This document shows positions 1-9,000 of a stretch of DNA of 64,000 bases, in pieces. Made by a program: the position numbers and the translations under genes. The stretch comes from a virus. The notes under the pieces were generated by a model. That model saw only the letters and a list, made by a program, of their open reading frames with translations, was not told the DNA's origin and ran no database searches. Position 1 is the stretch's first letter, and every line of letters begins with the position of its first letter. The stretch spans positions 64,001-128,000 of IMG/VR virus record IMGVR_UViG_3300035681_000001, one strand, 5' to 3'.

Positions 1-90
1 ACTGTAACTTTACCTGCAGAAGGAGCAATAAATTTCTTTAGGGTGTCGAAGTTAATATCAATAGCATATTTAGGATCATGGTGACCCATA
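1..90 (-). other. Start of a probable M23 peptidase domain (cut by the window edge)
   Basis: GHHDPKYAIDINFDTLKKFIAPSAGKVTV resembles the H...YAID...APxxGKV opening of M23 peptidases. Confidence 0.55.
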
Positions 91-3000
91 ACACCTCTAG
101 CTATAGCAGACTTTATCTCAGCATCAGAAGACTTACGAGTCAACCAAATAGATCCACCGCGAGAACCTTGCAAACCGTGTATTTCAATACGCTGCTCTCC
201 CTGCCTAAAGCCTTCTTTAATAAAAGAAAAAGCATAAGTTTGCAGCAAACTAGCTTCTTGAGCTGTTTGTTGGCCTCGCAAAACATGTGAGCCACCGCGT
301 TGATTAAGACCTAGGTGAGCATGTATAAAAGAACCGCCCCTAGAGTCCCTATCATTAGTTACGTAAACGGGCCGATCTCCACCAGTACCTGACCTAAATA
401 GACCCCCTATAATATCAACTGGTGTAGTAGGACGTATAGCATCTGGACTTGCCAAGTACCTACGTCGTGTCTCCCACATCAATTCAGGACTCATAGTAAT
501 AGTTGCTCGGTTACGACCGACATGGTTATATTGACCACGACCAGAAGCATTTTTAACAGAAGCCCACTCACCGGCTAAAGCATCAATAGCAGCTCTTACA
601 TTATTGGACTTACCCCTTAAAAAAGCTGCCAGTGCAGGCTGCTTACTACCTATCATTAAAGCAATAGCAGCTCTATCTTGGTTATAGGGACTAAAAACAT
701 CAGTAGTCTTAAGACCCGCATCACGCATAGCTATTTTGAGGGTACTAGGTATAAACTGAGGAGCACCAACAGCATGGAGTCCGGCAGCTTGCCGCCTCAT
801 TACTTCTCCAAAAGTCATAGAGCTAAGGCCAGGTAAGCCTCCAGGAGTATCACCAGCATTACCTCGGTTTACTGAGTTATAGCCACCTTCGCCAGCATAA
901 ATAACTCGTAATAAAGGAGTAAAAGCACTTACTGAAGCTACATAAGCACTACCAGTAAGCTCACCTAAAGCACTACCTAAACCATCAGTAGCACCTTGAG
1001 CAAAAGATCCCACACGCCTAAAAGTTTCAGTAGCTAAACCAGTTAAGTCTTTAACACGGTCAGCAGCCCACTGAAAAAGATCCCAAGACTTTTGCTCGTT
1101 AGTCTGCCTAAAAGTTTGCTCACTAACCCACCGTTGTTGTTTACGTGTTTTTTGATAAGCGGTTTTTTGAGCAGCTATTTTACGCTTTTGAGCAGCTATG
1201 TAGTCATACATAACTTGTTCAGTAGGCTGCAGCGTTAAGTTAGAAAACTTACCTGGAGTAGCTGCCGCTGCTGAACCACCACCAAAGACAGAAGAAAACC
1301 CCCAAAGAGCTAAACCAGCAATCGCTGTACCTAGCCAAGCTGCAGCATCACCAGCTCGGGTGATCATGTTACCCGCAAATCGACTTACCAACTCAAAGTC
1401 ACGCTTACCAGCTTGAGCTTCAGGCGTATTAGCTAAAGACTCACCTTTAAGTAGTTTGTCACGGAAAGATTCATCAGCTTGAACAGCTGCTCTGACTTTA
1501 TTTCCGTAAGGTGTATCAGAAGCTATCAAACCAGCTTGTAGTACTTCTAAGCCAATAATGGCTAGATTCCCGCGTCCTACTGCACCTTCCCCTACTAACC
1601 TACGTAAACCCCTAAAACCCCCACGAGTGCTAGTAGTTGGACTGCTACTAGGACTAGCACCAGCACCACCTCCGGCATTACCACCACCCGTACCACCCCG
1701 AGGGCCGCCACCACCCTTAAAGAAATTCAACAACGCAATACCACCAGCAGCAGCACCAATCGTATTAGACACAGTACCAATATTATCGTCATCCATAGAT
1801 TCATAACCAGGTAGCTTATAAGTGCGCCAGGTTCTCATAGCTATGGAGCTAAGTTGTTTAGCTATAAGTGCCGGAGCAGCCACACGAGCTACAGAACTAA
1901 ACAACCCACCTACGCGAGCAGCAGAAAATAAAGACTGTAAACCAGTAAACAGAATAGTAGAAGTTACAGCTGCACCTAAAGCAGACACACCTGCATCCAC
2001 TAGACTTTTACCAGAATTAACCGCTTCGTCTATTACGTTGAGTACAGTTAAACCAGTACCTAATTTGCCACCTATCAACGTCTTGGCCCAACCTAAGGGG
2101 CTGGCTAGTAAGTTAACCCCTTTTTGCCATAAATTAGGAGAACCAAAACCTTTAGTAGGTCTAGCATACTGAGCTCTGAAATAATCAAAGAAGCGACCTT
2201 TAAAAGTAGACCTGGTACTATCCTGTATTATGGAGTCCCTAAAACCAGCGTCTTGGTAATTAGCCAAACTAACAGCTGCCGCCTCCCAAGGTCTTGATCT
2301 AGGGTCGTTCTGCATTAAGTAAACTTGAGTACCTGCAATAGCACCTAAACTCTGACTAACGTTAAAAGCAATCAATAGTGTATTAGCTACTGCTAGAGAA
2401 TTACTACGAAATGGAGAACGAATAAGACGAGCAGCTAAAGGCGCTAACAAAGAAGCAGCTATTAGTCCACCTGCACGTTGATATAAACCCAACTCAGCAT
2501 AACCTTGGGGGTTATATTTACCTGCAGCTTGCATACTCTGAGCAATCTGGGATGTCCTGAAAGAACGGACCGGATCCCAACTTAAAGCAGCTCCAGCTAC
2601 CGTGGACCAAATAGCCGTGCTAACACTACCCCTTAAAATAGAACCAAACAATGCATTTTGCAAAGGCTGAAACTCTTGGTCAACAGCCTCTGAACTTAGT
2701 TGCCACGCTGTACGATTTGGTTTCAGTAAACTACCGCTTAGCAAATTAGCAAGCGAAGAAGTTGCTAGTGTTAGGGTTCCAGCTATTCCAGAAAGCCTAG
2801 ACAACGCAGTTTTTGACAACCGTCTAATACCTAGGTTTAAACCTATTACCGCAGCTGCACCCAACCCAACGCGTGTGATATTCCTACGATTAGCACCTGC
2901 AGGATCTAGTTGGTCTTCTTGGTAAAACTGATCAGTAACAGCGTCAGCTAACGGGTTATCTTTGACTAAATCCTGCATTAAGAAAAACGTACCAAAAACT

Positions 3001-6000
3001 TGTCGGCTACGACCACCGGCAGCAGTAACAGCCAAACCCGCTGCGTTCTGAAAAAACTCAGAATAAGCAGTTTGGTACTGAACCCTACGTGAGTCACCGT
3101 TTAGTTGACTAACACCCAAACCAGAAGATATTAGGCCCCCATAAACAGCAGCAAAACGACCTAGTTTACCTGCTAATCCACCTACTAACTTACGTGCTGC
3201 AATAAACTTCTCATTTTGTAAAACCTTAGTTTTAAACTCCCTAAGAGCAGGGCGTATGTTTAGTACCCCAAGAAACTGTTGGACATTTTGGAAAAACTTA
3301 TCTATACCGCTGCCTACAGCACCTATACGAGTGCCTTTAAAAGCACCAAATACTCGTTTAATACCCGTTGTTCCTAAGGCACCATAAACACCATAACCTA
3401 CAAGTGCTAGAAAACCAGCCAAAGCGGGTAGTTTAAACACCCCTAAAGAATTAAGGTTGTGAACCGGGAGCAAAGGCAGCAACGCTAACAGACCTAAACC
3501 CATACCGGTGTATCTATTCTTAAGAATTCTTCTCCAAGTAGGAAGAATTCCTAAACGTTGGCTACCAACGTAACTCTTAAAACTTAAGGGTGTATCAGCT
3601 GCAGGCGTGGGCTCAGGTAAAGCTGTTGCTACAGTTGCAGTAGTTATAGGTCCCATACCAGGAGAACCAGGTCCTCGGGGACCACTAAAACCTTTAGGTC
3701 CAGGTAAGCGCACACTAGAGTCTCTAGTTACTGTTGTTACTTCAGGCTCTATATTGACACCTTCCAAATACGTCGCGTAGCCTTTTTGTAGATGCCTGAA
3801 GTACGCATACGAACCTGCACCCACAACAGTACCTGCCGCAGTAGACAAATGGTAGTCTTCTCCATAATCAAAACCCCAGTTTTTACTAGTATTGTCACCT
3901 AGGTAGTTAAAAAGACTAGTAAAAGCAAACGCACCTACACCAGCCGCTAAACCATAACGACCTACACGTGAAACTTGACTCTTACCGTAAACGTAAGCGC
4001 TTTCTTGGGGGTTCCACCTACGAGCACTATCAATACCCAACATAATCTCAAAAGTAGAAGCCGAAGCTAGCCCCAGCCCAAACTTAAGGCGGTTACGGTC
4101 CTGTTCATTTAAGTTGGCAGCAGTAGCGTAATAGTCACCTACAGCATCTCCTAATAACCACACACCTAAACCACCTAAAGCAGCACTAGGTGCTAGAGCG
4201 CCCAAAAACTTGCTGTTCTTAGAAAAACCTTTACCTAAAGCCCTAAAAGTAATGCGGTTACTAAGACCTGCAAACCTAAGACCCCCCACAGTAAACCGCC
4301 GGGTTTGGTTAGCTAACCAACTAATAGCGGGCTCAGTAGTACGGTTGGCTACTCTACCTATACCACTACCTAAAGCCTTTAGATCAGTTGTGAACTCTGA
4401 TTGACTTACTTTGTCACCTAGGGTCTTAAAGTCCCGGTATACAGTACTCGCACCGGTTAAAAACGTACCCCAATAACCTTTGTTGCTAGCTTTAGAACTA
4501 CGCCACGCCAAACCAGCAGCAGTTTGTAGTAAAGAATAGTCATAATTAGCTGGTTGGGGGCGAGTGTAATAAAAGTTAGCAGCTGTGGTGTCTACCATAA
4601 ACTGGCGCTGTCTCATAGCTGAAAGCATCAAGTTACTTACTAGAGACTGCGACCTAAAACCACCCTGGGTAAGTACTCTTTCTGCATAACCCGAGCTACC
4701 AAAATAACGAGCATCAAATTCTGGTTCTGGGTCGTATACTGACCTACCCATTAAGGCTGGGCTGAACAATGCATCGTCTAGCTCATTAGGTAAACTAGTA
4801 GCCCTAAACAACCGGCGTTTTTGCATCGTTTCTGCACGCGTATTAGCATCTTCTCCGTATTCTTCCATACGTGGTCCTTGCCAACTACTAGCTGTAGGTA
4901 GCAAGCCGGTTTGCTCTTCCATAAAAGACCTAACCGTTTCTGGCAGCAGAAAACGAGCTATAATACCAAAACCAGGTACGTTTAAGGCTTTCTTACGAAT
5001 TGCATACAGCGCAGGATCTAAGATCCGAGCGACGGTATTCAACCCACTTAAAGCAGTCTTTACCAAAGGAGCTTGACCTACCGCCGCTAGGCCAGAAGCT
5101 AAAAAGGCAGTAGTAGGCTTGATAAAGTTTTCGTTTACTGTGTCTGAAACACCTGACAAAAAGTTTTGAACACCGTTGTTGGTAATTCGATTTAGCCCTA
5201 CGTAAGTACCTACGGCTGCCAAACCAGCAAACGTAGCAAAAGTGGGGCTGGTAGACCATGCTTTACGTAACAGAGCAAAAATACCTAAACCAGCCGCTAG
5301 CTCCCCGCTCTTAGCAACTACAAAATATCCAGCTCGTGTTCGTACTGATTCACTAGTAGAGCCTAGGTAAGAACCAGCAGACAGCAGCTCATAAGCTTGG
5401 ACTAAATTAAAGTAGTCTATCAGCGTACTAGTACTGCCGGTTATACCTTCACGAACTAAACCAGAGTAACCTCTTTGCCTAAAGGTTTCATTGATAGCCT
5501 TTACTATAGTATCCGTTGGAATACTATCTGATGCCCAACGTTGAGTGCCTTTACCAGTATAACGACCCGCTAGTGACCTATCAGTTTCTTCAGTATTTTC
5601 CAAGAAACTTTCGTGTACTAGCAGAGCAGCATTAACGTAGTGGTTTAGAGCGTGCAGGCGTTTTGACTCAGCATCAAGTATCCGTGAGCCCCTCACGTTT
5701 CTTTCTAAACCGTATTGTTCAATGATGTTATTTGTACGACGCGGATCATATTCTTTGCCGTAAATCTGTTGGGCAAAGTTTTGTTGGTCCGTAGCACCAC
5801 CGTACATACGAGCCATGTCGTCTAGCAAGGTTTGTTTAATATTTTGAGGTGATAGCTGCTCGTCAGTTAAACTAAACATGCTATTTCGAGCAGTGTTATA
5901 AGCGTCAGCTACTTGAGAGCTAGCACTAGCACTAGGAACACTTACTTTTATCTGAGGATTAGTAGTACCCCCACCACTACGAAGACTAAACTCGTATGCC

Positions 6001-9000
6001 TCACCTTTAGCAACTACGTTAAAGGTAGCTGTAGCTCGACTCCTAATGTCTGTTTCTGCAGGTACATAAGGCTTAACTTTAGAAGAAGCAGCAAAAGTAA
6101 TACCAGCTAAACTAATAGCGCCTAAAGAAGCCAAACTTGCAAAAGCAAGTGTAGAAAACAACGCACCACCAAAAACGGCAGAAGGCAAAGAGCCTTCTTG
6201 AAAAGACTGAGCCGTAGCTTTTAAGGTACTAGTAAAGTAAGAGAAAAACGGGGTACGACCTAAGATTTGTTCTTGGTAGTAACCTGTGTAGTTCCCTAAT
6301 TCATCACCTGAAGATTTACCAGTAGCGTAGTCCAAAAAGTCATAGAACCCTTTCTTAAAAAGGTCTACTGAAGCTTCACCGCCTACTCGCGCAGAAAAGT
6401 TATCTATGTTAGGAAAGTAAACTTTGCCCTTTTTAGATAGAGCCTGAGCTACGTTGGTCTCATGAAGCAGACCCATCAAGATTTCTACCGGTCTTTGGTT
6501 AGAAATTCGGATTAGTTCTTGCTGCCTTACACGAATAGCAGCAGATAAACCTTGACTGGTACCTAGTTGGTTGTATTCTTCAGGTCGCGCGGCTTTTTGA
6601 ATAGTTGCAGGTTGTTGCCTAGGTACAGCACTAAAGATTGAGTAAAGAGCTGAGGTTGAATTACGACTGGTTTTATACAAAGACTGCAGTAAGTAAACCT
6701 GATCCTTAGTAACCGACAACCCCTTTATCATTGCTAGTTCTGAACCTGAAATATCTGTGTAAGCACTAGTAGCTTGCACGTAACCTCTAAAACCATTTTT
6801 AGACTCTGACAGACCTAAAGGTCCTATCAAAGAAGCAAACATATTAGGGTTGTCTTGATAAGCTCCGGTTAGCTTTTGAATATTCCAGGCACCTGTAATG
6901 GTACTGCCAGCTTGTTCCAGTAACCCCAAAATGCCTGGGTTCTGTTTAGGGACATTAGCGTATCTAGCCCGTCGAGCTAAAGCTAATTGAGCCTGCGTAT
7001 AGTTATTTTGACCACCAAAGTGAAAAATCAGCATGGCGTTTTGCAGCCAGCTCATCTCTCCTTTGGGACCTATAGTAAGCTGATTACCAGCTGCTAAAAC
7101 AGCTGCAGCTAAGCTGTAAACCGCTGCGTATTTAACACCCTTACGAGCTGCCAGGTTAAAGCGTAAACCAGCAGTCTCTACCAAAGCAGGTCTTAAAGAC
7201 TGTAGGTGTAATAAAGCATCACTTTTACCTTTAGCAGCACCCAACGCTGCTGCCAGAGTTTTTACTGATTCGTCTCCTAAACCTAAACCTCTTAAAACCC
7301 CTTTATCACTTGCGTTAAACTTACGCTCATACGCATCCCAAATACCTTTTTGGTATCGAGCTGTAGTCCCAACAAATTCAAAATTAGGGTCACCAAAACG
7401 ACTGAACTTCTCAGCCCCAGCAAACACGCCGGCCCTAGCTAAAGCTGTACCGTAGTAAGCACCAAAAAACCCACCTATGTACAACTGCCTAAAGAAATTA
7501 TCCCGCGCTACGTTACCTGCAGACCAATTAGGGTCTTGAGCTTGTGTAGCTTGAGACTCATAGATCAAAGCTAACGGATTAAAAACCGAAGAATTAGGAG
7601 AAACTAAAGAACTATACGCTAAATAAGGCAGCAAATAAGGGGCTAGTGCTCTCAACGCGCTGCCTCTACGCATAGCACCTACAGTAGGTGAGGTATCAAG
7701 TAGAGTCCCAAAGGCACCTTTTATTAAGTTAGGTGCTACCAAAGTAGGAACTTGAGCCCAAGTAATAACTCGCTTAGTCATACGACCAGCAAAACCAATC
7801 AAGTCACGGGAAACAGAACCCTTTGGGTCTGCTGCACCGACAACGTTTTGGTTTCTGACAGCACGATAAACAGAACCCAAATAGCTAAGGGCACCTACTG
7901 TTCCTAGTGCAGCGTAAGTTTGTGATTCAGGAAAGAAAGTTACTACTGAGGCTAAGTCAGCAGCTTTACCCCAAAACAGTGCTGATTGTTCATCGTCATA
8001 AAACCTAGAGTCACTAACTAAACCAGCTCTTTTTTCCAGTAACCGCTGCATACGGGTTTTAGTTGCCCCGAAACTAAAACCAAAAGGTGCCATTGGTGTA
8101 GAACCAGCACCTAAAACAGGCATAAATTGGAAGCCAGCTCCTAGAGCCGTAACACCAGTTCTAGGATCTGAACGACCTACTACAGCAAACTGGAAGATAG
8201 GTGTAGGTATTTGTGCAGCAAAACTATAAGTGATGTCTTGTCGAGTAATGTCAGGAACACTCAACCGTTTTGCTAAATCACTTAAAGTTTGAGCACGAGC
8301 TGCATAAATAGGATTTTTCCAGCGCTGAGGGTCATTATTGATAATGTCTACCAAGATACCCTTAGCTATTGCATTTTCAGGATCTATCTCAAAAGAGCTG
8401 CTTTTGTCTTTACGGTAAATAGCGTTAAACAGGTTAGCAACAAACGAGGTTGAAGCTTGAGCTATAAGTATGCCGGCTACGGCACCTACCATAGCTCCTG
8501 TTTTGGAAAACCTTACACCCTTACGTGTAGTAGTTAGAATCTTACCTTTTTCGTAACCAATTTGCTGGTATTGAAGCTCACCATCAACTAGACCCTCAAA
8601 AACACTTACCAAGCTCCCACGCGATTTACCGGTACCTGATTTACCGCCTATAACTTTCTTAGAATAAACCAACTGACCTGGTTCAGTAACCTGAGATTTA
8701 TTAAGTATAGTTTCGTCTTTTAAGTTGTACTCAAACCTATCAGTAGTACGTTTGTGCATAACGTGACCACCCAACCAACTACCACCCAGCAAAGCTAACG
8801 TAGCTATAGGTTTAGGTACCGTACCTGTAAAGTAAGTCTCATTCCATCGTGTCCATTCTGAATCTTTATTCTGAGTCCGGTAACCAAAAATCTCACCTCC
8901 TATTTGGCTGAGTAAGTCAGCGCCTTGAGGTTGCATATAGTAGTTGTCAAAAATACGGTCTAAGACCAACAATGATCCTAATTTAAAGAAACCGGAGCGA